From positions 32,001 through 96,000 of the IMG/VR virus record IMGVR_UViG_3300046779_001735: a DNA stretch of 64,000 nucleotides, one strand, 5' to 3'. Shown here piece after piece: positions 19,428 through 29,212 of this stretch (within the stretch, counting starts at the first letter, position 1; each line of letters opens with the position of its first letter). The DNA is from a virus. The position numbers and the translations under genes were made by a program. The notes under the pieces are model-generated. The model saw nothing but the letters and a program-made list of their open reading frames with translations, was not told where the DNA came from and made no database searches.

Positions 19428-19636
19428 CTCTAGAACGTCTACAACAGCTTAGTGGTGTAAAACCTTTTGGTAACGCAGCTCGAATGACTGCGTATGTGCC
19501 CGAAGGATCTAATATCAGTCTAACAGGTAATGAAAAAGCTGAATTACAACGCAAACACAATATTCAACCCGGTACTCCTGAATGGTTTCAACTCTGGTTC
19601 AGTTTGCCTTATCTAACTGGTGAACGCCCAATCTAA
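19424..19636 (+). CDS. Small hypothetical protein
   Basis: ORF 19415-19636, ATGA overlap suggests a start at 19424; IQPGTPEWFQLWF motif. Confidence 0.6.
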   Translation: MTLERLQQLSGVKPFGNAARMTAYVPEGSNISLTGNEKAELQRKHNIQPGTPEWFQLWFSLPYLTGERPI

Positions 19637-20759
19637 ACACTGTGCAGCACCATGGCGCGGCTTACACATCAATCCACGCGGTGATGTCAAGGTATGCTGT
19701 GCAGGTAATCCCAATATGCTGGGCAATCTTAACACGCAATCAATCACAGAAATTTTACAAAGCGACAGCCTTAAAGCAATCAGACAGAGTGTTCGTCAAG
19801 GCGTGTTGCCTGCTTATTGTGAAAACTGTATTAAGGTTGAAGAATATGGACCAAGTGAACGCAACTGGCACAACAGTCTAAGTCCTAACTTTGATCCCGC
19901 TACTGCTACAGACAATGATCATGTGCCTGTGCTTGCAGATCTTAGATGGAATATAACCTGTAACTTGAGCTGTAACTATTGCGATGAAAAGAGTTCTAGT
20001 CGTTGGGTTGCAATGAAAGCCATACCTTTCCGCAGTGGCGCACGTCCCTACTTTGAATCTGTGGTTGAGTACATACAACAACATCAAGAACATCTAAAAG
20101 AAGTGGCACTTGTAGGCGGTGAACCACTGTTGCTGCCAGAAAATGATAGGTTGTTGGATGTTGTTCCTGCTCATTGTGTGGTTACTTTGATCACCAATTT
20201 GTCTTGTAATCTAGATTCTAATTCTATTTTTCAAAAACTGTGTCAACGTGACAAAGTGGGCTGGAGTATTAGTTTTGATAATATCCAAGAAAGATTTGAA
20301 TATGTAAGATTTGGCGCCAAATGGACAGCGTTTGAAAACAATCTTGACAGGATTATAACCTTGATGCGCAGTCGTGAACAATGGGGCGGTATGCATGCTG
20401 TGTACAACATCTACAGCGCCACAAGATTAACAGAGCTTGTTCAGTATGCTCGAAACAAAGGTATTACCATGATGTGGCAACCATTACATCATCCAGACTA
20501 TCTTGATCCCAATAAACTTGGCAAAGAAATCAAACAGTTGGCACACAGCGAAATTCACGCAGTATTACAAAGCGGATTGTGTTTGCCAACGGAACAGGAT
20601 TTTTTGCAACAGGTATTGGCAAATCCTAGTCAAGATGATCTTAGACCTCAGTTTCGTCAACATATTGAAGCAATAGAAACAAAGTTTCATGTATCTACTC
20701 AAGGTCGTTTTGCACAGTTATGGCCGGAAATCGCACAACATCTTGGTCAAACGCAGTAA
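19620..20759 (+). CDS. Radical SAM protein with N-terminal SPASM/twitch-like Cys cluster
   Basis: CNLSCNYC, GGEPLL; N-terminal C..PW...G.V..CC...C..C. Confidence 0.85.
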   Translation: MNAQSKHCAAPWRGLHINPRGDVKVCCAGNPNMLGNLNTQSITEILQSDSLKAIRQSVRQGVLPAYCENCIKVEEYGPSERNWHNSLSPNFDPATATDNDHVPVLADLRWNITCNLSCNYCDEKSSSRWVAMKAIPFRSGARPYFESVVEYIQQHQEHLKEVALVGGEPLLLPENDRLLDVVPAHCVVTLITNLSCNLDSNSIFQKLCQRDKVGWSISFDNIQERFEYVRFGAKWTAFENNLDRIITLMRSREQWGGMHAVYNIYSATRLTELVQYARNKGITMMWQPLHHPDYLDPNKLGKEIKQLAHSEIHAVLQSGLCLPTEQDFLQQVLANPSQDDLRPQFRQHIEAIETKFHVSTQGRFAQLWPEIAQHLGQTQ

Positions 20760-20767
20760 ATAGACCT

Positions 20768-22333
20768 ATGAGCACACTAGAAACCGTATTAATTAAGCCA
20801 GCACACAAGCCTATGATGTACAGCGAGCGAGAGCTCACTGATTTTGCAAAATGTGCTGATCCTAAAAGTGGTCCTCACTATTTCTTAGACAATTTTTTCT
20901 ATATTCAGCATCCTACGCAGGGTAGACTGCTACTACATCCATTTGAGTATCAACGACGCCTTGTTGACACTTATCATCATAATCGCTTTAGTATTTCCTT
21001 GATGCCTAGACAGACAGGTAAGAGTACCCTGGCTGCTGGATACCTACTCTGGTATGCTATGTTTATTCCAGACTCTACGATTCTAGTAGCTGCTCACAAA
21101 TATCTTGGTGCGCAGGAAATCATGCAGCGTGTGCGCTTTGGTTATGAATCTTGTCCAGATCACATTAGAGCAGGAGTTGTAAATTACAACAAAGGCTCAA
21201 TAGAATTTGAAAACGGTTCACGCATTGTGAGTCAAACCACAACCGAAAACACAGGTCGTGGTATGAGTATATCTTTGCTGTACTGTGATGAGTTTGCTTT
21301 TGTGCGCCCCACCATTGCCAAGGAATTCTGGACTTCTATTTCACCCACACTAGCAACTGGTGGTAAGGCAGTGATCACATCTACTCCAAACTCAGATGAA
21401 GATCAGTTTGCCTATATTTGGAAAGGGGCAAACAAGTGCGAAGATGAGTTTGGCAATCCCACTGAGCTTGGCATCAATGGGTTCAAAGCATTCAGAGCTA
21501 AATGGCAAGAACATCCAGATCGAGACCAATCCTGGGCCGATCAAATGCGAGCCCAGCTTGGCGAAGAGCGTTTTCGTCGCGAAATGGAATGTGAGTTCGT
21601 AATCGATGACGAAACCTTAATATCAGCAATCAAACTGCTGGACCTTGACGGCACCGAGCCCATACGCAAAACTGGACAAGTGCGCTGGTACAAACAGATT
21701 GACCCAAACAAAATTTATGTGGTAGGACTTGACCCAAGTCTGGGCACCGGCGGCGATCCTGCTGCGATACAGGTGTTTGAAGCAAATAGCACCATCCAGG
21801 TTGCTGAATGGCGACACAATCAAACTGACATCCCAGGGCAAGTGCGTATAATGGCAGGCATTATTGATGAAATCAATGAAGTGGTCAAAGATCCACAGTC
21901 AACCTACTACAGTGTGGAAAACAACACCATTGGTGAAGCTGCCTTGATATCAATTGCTGAATGGGGCGAAGAAAACATCCGGGGATATTTTCTAAGCGAT
22001 ACTAATAGTCCAGGCCAGCGTAGATTTCGTAAGGGCTTTAACACCACAAACAAAAGCAAGCTAGCTGCCTGCGCCAAGCTTAAAAACCTAGTAGAGTCTG
22101 GGCGCATGAAAATCATGAGCAGACCTTTAGTCAGCGAGCTAAAGACCTTTGTGGCTAACGGCAACAGCTACATGGCCAAGGCCGGTGAAACCGACGATCT
22201 TGTTATGAGTACAATTCTAGTGGTACGTATGCTGCAAACGCTACAGAGTTACCACAGCGAGCTTGATCAACAGATCCGGGATCATGGAGATGTGGTGATA
22301 GAACCCATGCCTTTCATAAGCCTAGCTCGCTAA
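20768..22333 (+). CDS. Terminase large subunit (T4 gp17-like)
   Basis: PRQTGKST Walker A, YCDEFAF Walker B, ITSTPN, GLDPSLG and DDLV nuclease motifs; start chosen 5 nt after TAAATA (20757-20762). Confidence 0.95.
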   Translation: MSTLETVLIKPAHKPMMYSERELTDFAKCADPKSGPHYFLDNFFYIQHPTQGRLLLHPFEYQRRLVDTYHHNRFSISLMPRQTGKSTLAAGYLLWYAMFIPDSTILVAAHKYLGAQEIMQRVRFGYESCPDHIRAGVVNYNKGSIEFENGSRIVSQTTTENTGRGMSISLLYCDEFAFVRPTIAKEFWTSISPTLATGGKAVITSTPNSDEDQFAYIWKGANKCEDEFGNPTELGINGFKAFRAKWQEHPDRDQSWADQMRAQLGEERFRREMECEFVIDDETLISAIKLLDLDGTEPIRKTGQVRWYKQIDPNKIYVVGLDPSLGTGGDPAAIQVFEANSTIQVAEWRHNQTDIPGQVRIMAGIIDEINEVVKDPQSTYYSVENNTIGEAALISIAEWGEENIRGYFLSDTNSPGQRRFRKGFNTTNKSKLAACAKLKNLVESGRMKIMSRPLVSELKTFVANGNSYMAKAGETDDLVMSTILVVRMLQTLQSYHSELDQQIRDHGDVVIEPMPFISLAR

Positions 22334-22343
22334 ATATTACACT

Positions 22344-23753
22344 ATGAGCACATCCAATATTTCCACAGATCTGTATAACTTGTTGACTAGCCGAGGGCTA
22401 GATCCTGAAGTGCTTGATCCCAAAACAGGTAAAAATCCAGTAGATCCCAAGACTGGTGATGTTGATATCAACCAAGGTAAACTGTTTGTTTTTGATTGGG
22501 TAAGTTCGTCGGGCAAGGATTATGGCACAGCGGAAATCCTAATTGACAGCGACAACGTATTAAATCTTTACTTTGGTGACAATCTTGGGCGCAGCATGGA
22601 AGACCAGGACAAAGAAGAGTGGTTTCAATTTCTAAGGCACCTTAAAAAGTTTGCCAGCAAAAACTTCATGAACTTTACACCGCAAAATATCAATAGATTG
22701 AAGTTTGCTCTCAACAATCTTTCAACAATTCATGAAGGCTTATTTGAGAGCTACTATGGCACACGCAAGGTTAGTTACATGGGTGAATCTACACATGCTA
22801 GACTAGTGATCAAGCACAATCGCACACTGGGTGAGAATGATGCTAGATATCGCTATGTAGAAAGCTTATTCATTGAAACAGTTGACAGCGAGCGTTTCAA
22901 ATTACCATTTCGTAATCTTGCTGGTGGTAGAGCAATGCTAGAACATGTACGCCAAGGCGGCCGTCCTTATGATCCAAGAGGCACACACATTGCCCACATA
23001 GTTGAAAGTCTGTCAATTCTGTCAAGATTCCGCAAGGCCAGTCAAGGGCGGGTGCTTGAAGGACAGGCCGGGCAACTGGTGGAACATGGCAATCAACACT
23101 ATGACGCACTGCGTCAAAATCTAAAGAGTATACAGACCAGTCGTGGCTACAGTAGATATTTTGAAAGTTGGCAGCCTATGGAAATCAGCGCCGAAGACAC
23201 TTTAGTTGAAGAGGTGCGGCAACTGTTTATTGAACAAACACTTGATCAAAGAATTGAACAAGCACTTCCGCTGCTGGTTAGTTTACAACAACAAGAAACC
23301 ATGCCACGAGAAGCTGAAATTTTTGAAACTTGGGCTAGTCGCATGGTAGAAGGCACATGGCATACACCAGATACACCAGAAGCGCAACAACAGTTAATTG
23401 ATTTGCTGAGTAATGCCACATTGCCAGTTGGTGCAGATGCTGAAGTAGTTATATCACAGCTTGATGGCGTTCTTGGAGACGATGAATTATATGATCAACT
23501 GTTGACGTTAGCTGATAATGATCCAAATGCTGATGCCAAGCCCATGATAATGCAGCGCCTAGAACAAATGGCTGGTGATCCTGATATCAGTCAAGTATTG
23601 GTTAGTCTACAAAAGGCAAGCAAACAGCCTGAACCCGAAGTTGATGAGGCAGACAATCTTGCTACTTTTGAAGGTAATCCTGCTGAGACCGGCGTAAGCA
23701 TCATGAAAGAAACAGATCTGGCAACATTAAAAACGCTAATAGGCAAGATATAA
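22344..23753 (+). CDS. Hypothetical late (probably head-associated) protein
   Basis: 469 aa after the terminase; TAAATA at 22331-22336. Confidence 0.6.
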   Translation: MSTSNISTDLYNLLTSRGLDPEVLDPKTGKNPVDPKTGDVDINQGKLFVFDWVSSSGKDYGTAEILIDSDNVLNLYFGDNLGRSMEDQDKEEWFQFLRHLKKFASKNFMNFTPQNINRLKFALNNLSTIHEGLFESYYGTRKVSYMGESTHARLVIKHNRTLGENDARYRYVESLFIETVDSERFKLPFRNLAGGRAMLEHVRQGGRPYDPRGTHIAHIVESLSILSRFRKASQGRVLEGQAGQLVEHGNQHYDALRQNLKSIQTSRGYSRYFESWQPMEISAEDTLVEEVRQLFIEQTLDQRIEQALPLLVSLQQQETMPREAEIFETWASRMVEGTWHTPDTPEAQQQLIDLLSNATLPVGADAEVVISQLDGVLGDDELYDQLLTLADNDPNADAKPMIMQRLEQMAGDPDISQVLVSLQKASKQPEPEVDEADNLATFEGNPAETGVSIMKETDLATLKTLIGKI

Positions 23754-23764
23754 GATAAATAAAT

Positions 23765-23793
23765 TTGACACAGAGGTAGAAAGCGCATATACT
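23765..23793 (+). promoter_or_regulatory. sigma70-type promoter for ssb
   Basis: TTGACA-17-TATACT. Confidence 0.75.
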
Positions 23794-23813
23794 CCGTGTG
23801 TATGCGCTTTTTT
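23780..23813 (+). terminator. Intrinsic terminator-like hairpin overlapping the ssb -10 box
   Basis: AAAGCGCATATAC-TCCGT-GTGTATGCGCTTT followed by a T run. Confidence 0.65.
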
Positions 23814-23825
23814 ATTGACGTGTAT

Positions 23826-23865
23826 AGGCATCATGCCGCAAGGCATATTAGGCAAATTTTAGGCA
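23826..23865 (+). repeat. Four AGGCA direct repeats in the ssb 5' leader
   Basis: AGGCA at 23826, 23841, 23850 and 23861. Confidence 0.7.
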
Positions 23866-23884
23866 TATCAAAGGAGAAACCATT

Positions 23885-24883
23885 ATGGCCTCATTAGCAG
23901 AAATCCGCGCACGACTCCAAGCCGCAGAGTCGAACAAAGGCGGTCAAACCGGCGGCGACAACGCAATTTTCCCACATTGGAACATAGCAGAAGGAACCAG
24001 CGCATTGGTGCGCTTTTTGCCAGACGGCAATTCCAAGAATACTTTTTTCTGGGTTGAGCGTGCTATGATTCGACTGCCATTTAATGGCGTCAAAGGCGAA
24101 GCAGACAGCAAACAAACCTATGTACAGGTACCCTGTGTTGAGATGTGGAACGAAGCCTGCCCAATCTTGGCAGAAGTGCGTCCTTGGTTCAAAGACAAGA
24201 GTCTTGAAGAACTAGGTCGTAAGTATTGGAAGAAGCGCAGCTATGTGTTTCAAGGATTTGTGCGTGAGAATCCACTAAGTGAAGACAAGACACCAGAGAA
24301 TCCAATTCGTAGATTCATTATTGGTCCTCAGATCTTTACAATCATCAAGGCAGCATTGATGGATACAGAACTAATTGAAATGCCAACTGACTACGCAGCT
24401 GGTCTAGACTTCCGCATTGCCAAGACACAAAAAGGCGGTTATGCTGACTACAACACTTCCAAGTGGAGCCGCAAAGAATCATCGCTCACCGCAGAAGAAG
24501 CAGAGGCAATAGAAAAGCATGGCCTATTTGATCTGGCCGGCTTTCTGCCCAAGAAGCCAGGTGAAGTTGAACTGCGTGTGATGAAAGAAATGTTCGAAGC
24601 AAGTGTAGATGGGCAGCCATTTGACATGGAACGTTGGGGTCAGTACTATCGTCCAGCGGGCATGGCAGCACCTAGCGGTGCCACTGACGCAGACGAAGAC
24701 ACTCCGGTGTCACGCGGAGGTGGAGGTGTGCAATCAAAAGTTGCTAGTCCTGCAGTCACAGCCGCTGTTGATGAAGAAGAAGACGTACCAGCAGCTACAG
24801 CACCAGTGGTAACACCTGCTGCGGGCGGCAACAAGGCCGAAGATATCTTGGCCATGATTCGGGCACGTCAAAAGTCTAGTTAA
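23885..24883 (+). CDS. Single-stranded DNA-binding protein (T4 gp32-like)
   Basis: VRFLPD, CPIL, YWKKRSY, G.DFRI.KT..GGYADY..SKW, acidic tail; AAGGAG RBS. Confidence 0.9.
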   Translation: MASLAEIRARLQAAESNKGGQTGGDNAIFPHWNIAEGTSALVRFLPDGNSKNTFFWVERAMIRLPFNGVKGEADSKQTYVQVPCVEMWNEACPILAEVRPWFKDKSLEELGRKYWKKRSYVFQGFVRENPLSEDKTPENPIRRFIIGPQIFTIIKAALMDTELIEMPTDYAAGLDFRIAKTQKGGYADYNTSKWSRKESSLTAEEAEAIEKHGLFDLAGFLPKKPGEVELRVMKEMFEASVDGQPFDMERWGQYYRPAGMAAPSGATDADEDTPVSRGGGGVQSKVASPAVTAAVDEEEDVPAATAPVVTPAAGGNKAEDILAMIRARQKSS

Positions 24884-24885
24884 CA

Positions 24886-25668
24886 ATGTACGCACGCTTG
24901 GTCTGGCAACCATCTGGAGATAGTATCAAATTCCGTGTGGTCTGGCCAGACCTTTTTCTTTACTGGCTTGGACGTCTAGACTCATACAACAGTTTTGAGT
25001 GTGGTGTGAGTTCGGATGCTATAACCATTCGTGATAGTTTGCAGGCCAATGTTCATGCTATTCAAGCAGCACCACTAGGCTTGCCACCTTTGATCACTGA
25101 ATGGCCCACTGATTTGTTTGATCAAACGCAGTTGAATAAGCTGCATAGAGATTGGGTCGCAGCAGGACAACGCTGGTCCAAGCTGCCTTTGTTGTTACAA
25201 CAATTAAATCTAGAGTCTGCATGGCGTGGTATAAATCATGACATACATCGTCTTGAAGGATGTTTTACCTGGCAGTTTCAAAACTATCGCGTGCATCCAT
25301 GGCAAATACCCAATAAATTTGGTACTAAATTTTTAGACCACGCCACTAGTAATATCATGTTGGCATATGATAATCTTGGGCGTAGTAGTTGGGAAAAGTT
25401 TTGTAATCATGACACTGATGGGTTTGATGTTGATACCAATAACTTTGAAATGTTGAGTGGCAAATTAGAAATCACGTTGTCAAAGCCTATGATGTGGACT
25501 CGCCCGGAAAATTACAGCAATTGGTGTGCGTTACACAACGTGCCAGAAGTAGGCAGTAACATGCGAATTGGTAATTTTGATGATGATGTTAGAACCTTGA
25601 CCACACTTAGACATCTGTTTGTGCGCAACCAAAATGAACCCTCTAATACAATCTGTTTTGCAATATAG
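24886..25668 (+). CDS. Hypothetical protein
   Basis: 260 aa ORF immediately after ssb. Confidence 0.55.
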   Translation: MYARLVWQPSGDSIKFRVVWPDLFLYWLGRLDSYNSFECGVSSDAITIRDSLQANVHAIQAAPLGLPPLITEWPTDLFDQTQLNKLHRDWVAAGQRWSKLPLLLQQLNLESAWRGINHDIHRLEGCFTWQFQNYRVHPWQIPNKFGTKFLDHATSNIMLAYDNLGRSSWEKFCNHDTDGFDVDTNNFEMLSGKLEITLSKPMMWTRPENYSNWCALHNVPEVGSNMRIGNFDDDVRTLTTLRHLFVRNQNEPSNTICFAI

Positions 25669-26263
25669 ACCCACTGACACCTGGATTCAAGTTCACAGCG
25701 GGTTGTCGTGGTTGGCACTAGATATTGATGTACCTTGTAAACAGATAGCACAGGAAGCAGCACAGATTTTTGATCAACGAGTAGAACACCGTGATCAAGA
25801 CAATGTGCTAGGCTACCATAATCAAGGTTGGCATAGTCTATGTTTGCATGGCGAGTCGGCCACTGCCACTAGCAGTGATCAAGGCACAATGTCCTGGACA
25901 CCAATTGCAGATAAATGTCCTGTGACCACAGAATTTGTACAAACCTATTGGGACACCGGAGTATGTGGGCGAATAAGATTCATGTGGCTAGCACCTGGAG
26001 GCTATATCATGCCACATCAAGATCGAAAAGATCCACAGTTATTCGAATGTAATATAGCGATTGAGCATCCGGACAACTGTAAAGTACAGTTTTTAGACTA
26101 CGGTCAAATACCTTTTGAGTCTGGTAGAGCATTTATCATAGATACCAGCCACAGACATTTTGCAATTAATCAATCTGATTCTTGGCGTCTGCACATGATT
26201 GTGCATGCTGATCTGAAGCCAGGCATCCTGCGTAGAAGTTATGAAAAAAGTTTTTATAGTTGA
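25634..26263 (+). CDS. Aspartyl/asparaginyl beta-hydroxylase-like 2OG-Fe(II) oxygenase
   Basis: RIRFMWLAPGGYIMPHQD...H...N.S...RLHMI; ORF 25619, ATG at 25634. Confidence 0.8.
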   Translation: MNPLIQSVLQYRPTDTWIQVHSGLSWLALDIDVPCKQIAQEAAQIFDQRVEHRDQDNVLGYHNQGWHSLCLHGESATATSSDQGTMSWTPIADKCPVTTEFVQTYWDTGVCGRIRFMWLAPGGYIMPHQDRKDPQLFECNIAIEHPDNCKVQFLDYGQIPFESGRAFIIDTSHRHFAINQSDSWRLHMIVHADLKPGILRRSYEKSFYS

Positions 26264-27071
26264 TCAGTATCAACATGCCCGACTGTTGCACTTCACACAG
26301 GCCAAGGTCATGTTTAATGCTAAAAATCAATATACTACCTGGGCTGATGATATAGTAACAGTGCCAGATATTGAAAGCGTTGGTCATCAGGCAGGTGTGG
26401 TGATTGCCAGCGGTGACATAGTTACTACAAATTTTAGATCAAGGCCCTGGGACTGGCAACAAACAAATATTCAACTTCATGATTCAGATCTAATTAAGTT
26501 TGACGCAGATTACAGCTATCAAATGCATCAACGTCCTCCATTTGAGAGTGGATCAAAACAACTGTATATCTTAGAAAATCTTTATCGTGTTGTTTTGCGT
26601 AGCAGTAAGTTGATTTATATAGACAATACCGAAACTTATGAACCAAGATCGCTCACAGGATCGGTATTATATGGTTTGGCGTCAGGATGGAAAACTGTAA
26701 GAATGTTTAGAGATGGCAACTTTGAAAGAGTGATAGTGTATGATAAAAATCAAACACAGTTGAATTATCAACAGCGTCTACACAGTCAACCATACATAGC
26801 TGACCAAATTGATATTCAAGGTGATGTTGTAGGATCAAGAACAGTGCCAAAGGATATTCAGGATTTTTGGCCTAGCTGGCATCGTATGAAAGTTGAGTTT
26901 AAGCTAATAGATTTGTTTCACACGCCTGTGCTAGAAGAGCACAGCGTGATCTGGGTGAGTAATGTGTTTTGTTACGAACCTACAATTTTTAAACAGGGAT
27001 GGGAAGCTTGTAAATTGGCACGAGTCAGCTTGCAAAATGCCAACCCATCGTGTACAATTTTAGAATACTAG
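26241..27071 (+). CDS. Hypothetical protein (possible modification enzyme)
   Basis: 276 aa ORF; no firm motif. Confidence 0.5.
   Translation: MKKVFIVDQYQHARLLHFTQAKVMFNAKNQYTTWADDIVTVPDIESVGHQAGVVIASGDIVTTNFRSRPWDWQQTNIQLHDSDLIKFDADYSYQMHQRPPFESGSKQLYILENLYRVVLRSSKLIYIDNTETYEPRSLTGSVLYGLASGWKTVRMFRDGNFERVIVYDKNQTQLNYQQRLHSQPYIADQIDIQGDVVGSRTVPKDIQDFWPSWHRMKVEFKLIDLFHTPVLEEHSVIWVSNVFCYEPTIFKQGWEACKLARVSLQNANPSCTILEY
27030..27058 (+). promoter_or_regulatory. sigma70-type promoter for uvsX
   Basis: TTGCAA-17-TACAAT. Confidence 0.55.
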
Positions 27072-27079
27072 GAGAACCT

Positions 27080-28138
27080 ATGCCCAAGCCATTTGATGTA
27101 AGCAAGTTTCGCAAAGAAATAACCAAGAGCATTGACGGACTGTCTATTGGTTTTAATGATCCAACAGACTGGATCTCAACAGGTAACCATGCCTTGAACT
27201 ATTTGATATCAGGAGATTTCAACAAGGGTGTGCCTTTGGGCAAGGTCACTGTGTTTGCTGGTGAATCCGGCGCAGGTAAAAGTTATATTTGCTCTGGCAA
27301 CATTATCAAACACGCACAGCAACAAGGCATCTTTGTGGTGTTGATTGACAGTGAAAACGCTCTTGATGAAGCATGGTTACATGCACTAGGAGTGAGTACT
27401 GATGAAAGCAAACTGTTAAAGTTGAGCATGGCAATGATTGATGATGTAGCCAAAACAATCTCAACCTTTATGCAGGAATACAAAACTCTAGCCGATGGCG
27501 ATCGTCCCAAGGTTCTGTTTGTGATTGATAGTTTAGGTATGTTGTTAACACCAACAGATGTTAATCAGTTTGAAGCAGGCGAAATGAAAGGTGATCTAGG
27601 TCGTAAACCCAAAGCACTTACAGCACTTGTTCGGAACTGTGTCAACATGTTTGGCAGTTACAATGTAGGTCTAGTATGTACTAACCATACCTATGCTAGC
27701 CAAGACATGTTTGATCCCGATGACAAAATTTCCGGCGGCCAAGGTTTTATCTACGCAAGCAGTATTGTGGTCGCTATGAAAAAACTCAAGCTAAAAGAAG
27801 ATGAGGATGGTAACAAAGTCACTGATGTTATGGGTATTCGATCGGCATGCAAAGTCATGAAAACACGTTATGCCAAACCATTTGAAGGCGTGCAGGTTAA
27901 GATTCCATATGAAACAGGCATGAACCCCTACAGTGGCCTAGTGGACCTTGCTGAAAAGCGTGGCTTACTTAAGAAAGATGGCAACCGTTTGGCCTTTACT
28001 ACCACTGACGGAGAAATCATCAAACAGTTTCGCAAGGCCTGGGAATCAAACGAAGACGGATGCCTGGACAAGATAATGGCAGACTTTACAAATCAACCTG
28101 AAGAACTAAGTACCACTGAAGCAACAGTGGAGGAGTAA
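27080..28138 (+). CDS. uvsX: RecA-like recombinase
   Basis: GESGAGKS, IDSENA, VIDSLGML, NHTY, SGGQG; GGAG RBS before ATG 27080. Confidence 0.92.
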   Translation: MPKPFDVSKFRKEITKSIDGLSIGFNDPTDWISTGNHALNYLISGDFNKGVPLGKVTVFAGESGAGKSYICSGNIIKHAQQQGIFVVLIDSENALDEAWLHALGVSTDESKLLKLSMAMIDDVAKTISTFMQEYKTLADGDRPKVLFVIDSLGMLLTPTDVNQFEAGEMKGDLGRKPKALTALVRNCVNMFGSYNVGLVCTNHTYASQDMFDPDDKISGGQGFIYASSIVVAMKKLKLKEDEDGNKVTDVMGIRSACKVMKTRYAKPFEGVQVKIPYETGMNPYSGLVDLAEKRGLLKKDGNRLAFTTTDGEIIKQFRKAWESNEDGCLDKIMADFTNQPEELSTTEATVEE

Positions 28139-28139
28139 C

Positions 28140-28394
28140 ATGCATTCAACATTGGTAAGCGAACTTTGGTATGAACTCAAGCGTCACATTCCCGCAAGTG
28201 ACAGAGCAGATGCAGCTGAGACTGTGGTAGCGGTGTTGGTCAATAATGATGAAGACATTGACGACATTAAAACAGCTTTCAAAAGCGATCGTGAAATTAA
28301 AACAGCTTTGATGGCCTATCTTGACACAGAAAAAAGCTACGACGAAGAAGACGAAGAAGAATACGAAGACGAAGAAGATAACGACGAATGGTAA
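28140..28394 (+). CDS. Small acidic hypothetical protein
   Basis: 84 aa, GGAGGAG RBS, D/E-rich tail; between uvsX and uvsY. Confidence 0.7.
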   Translation: MHSTLVSELWYELKRHIPASDRADAAETVVAVLVNNDEDIDDIKTAFKSDREIKTALMAYLDTEKSYDEEDEEEYEDEEDNDEW

Positions 28395-28397
28395 TCT

Positions 28398-28850
28398 GTG
28401 TGGTATAATCGTATTGTAAGCGACCTCAGCGTAATTCCAGATTTCATAACACACTATGAGTCTGAGCTTGCCGCGGCCAAGAGCGACTGTCGTCTTGGAG
28501 GTGTGATTGAAAAAAACATCACAGCACTGCCAGGGATCACCGAACACAGGTTTAACCAATTACAGGAGATAGAAGCAGTGCTTAACTATCTTAACATACA
28601 GCTACGCAAGATCCGCAGACGCCATTTTCAAAAGTATCTTGAAGCCTACGCTAGGCAATTGACTAGTAGAGACGCAGAAAAGTACGTAGACGGCGAGGAT
28701 GAGGTTATTGATTTTGAAACTATTATCAACGAAGTGGCTCTCTTGCGTAACAAATGGCTTGGTATCATGAAGGGGCTTGACAGCAAGCAGTGGATGGCTG
28801 GACATGTTGTGAGGCTAAGAACTGCTGGCATGGAAGATGTGCGGGTGTAA
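28398..28850 (+). CDS. uvsY: Recombination mediator (UvsY-like)
   Basis: 150 aa helical; LTSRDAEKYVDGE...KGLDSKQW; position after uvsX. Confidence 0.75.
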   Translation: MWYNRIVSDLSVIPDFITHYESELAAAKSDCRLGGVIEKNITALPGITEHRFNQLQEIEAVLNYLNIQLRKIRRRHFQKYLEAYARQLTSRDAEKYVDGEDEVIDFETIINEVALLRNKWLGIMKGLDSKQWMAGHVVRLRTAGMEDVRV

Positions 28851-28858
28851 ATAATCAA

Positions 28859-29206
28859 ATGACTGAAAAAACCACAAGACCCTGGGGATACTATAGAGTA
28901 TTACACGAAATTAGCAGCGTAGTAAAAGTCAAAGAGCTCACAGTTGATCCATTTAGTAGCTTGTCTATGCAAAGGCACAAAGATCGTGCTGAGATATGGT
29001 TCATAGCCGAAGGAAGAGCCACCCTTTATCGGATAAACAAAAGCACAGACAGTGACTTGGTAGGACACTACGAGCAATTCCAAACTCTTTTTATCTCCAA
29101 AAATTCATGGCATCAGCTCGCAAATGAAACTGATCACCCATTAAAGATAATTGAAATACAATACGGTGATCAATGCGTAGAAGAAGACATAGAAAGACAA
29201 TCTTAA
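28859..29206 (+). CDS. Cupin (mannose-6-phosphate isomerase type II C-terminal-like)
   Basis: RPWGYY, LSMQRH..RAE.W, WHQL.N, IIEIQYG...EEDIER; TAAATA at 28848-28853. Confidence 0.85.
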   Translation: MTEKTTRPWGYYRVLHEISSVVKVKELTVDPFSSLSMQRHKDRAEIWFIAEGRATLYRINKSTDSDLVGHYEQFQTLFISKNSWHQLANETDHPLKIIEIQYGDQCVEEDIERQS

Positions 29207-29212
29207 AATAAA

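Noticed and set aside
19424-19636. Small ORF as a RiPP precursor for the adjacent radical SAM enzyme
   Set aside because: It looks like a head-associated protein (L-x-x-L-S-G motif), and no leader/core pattern, protease or transporter is nearby
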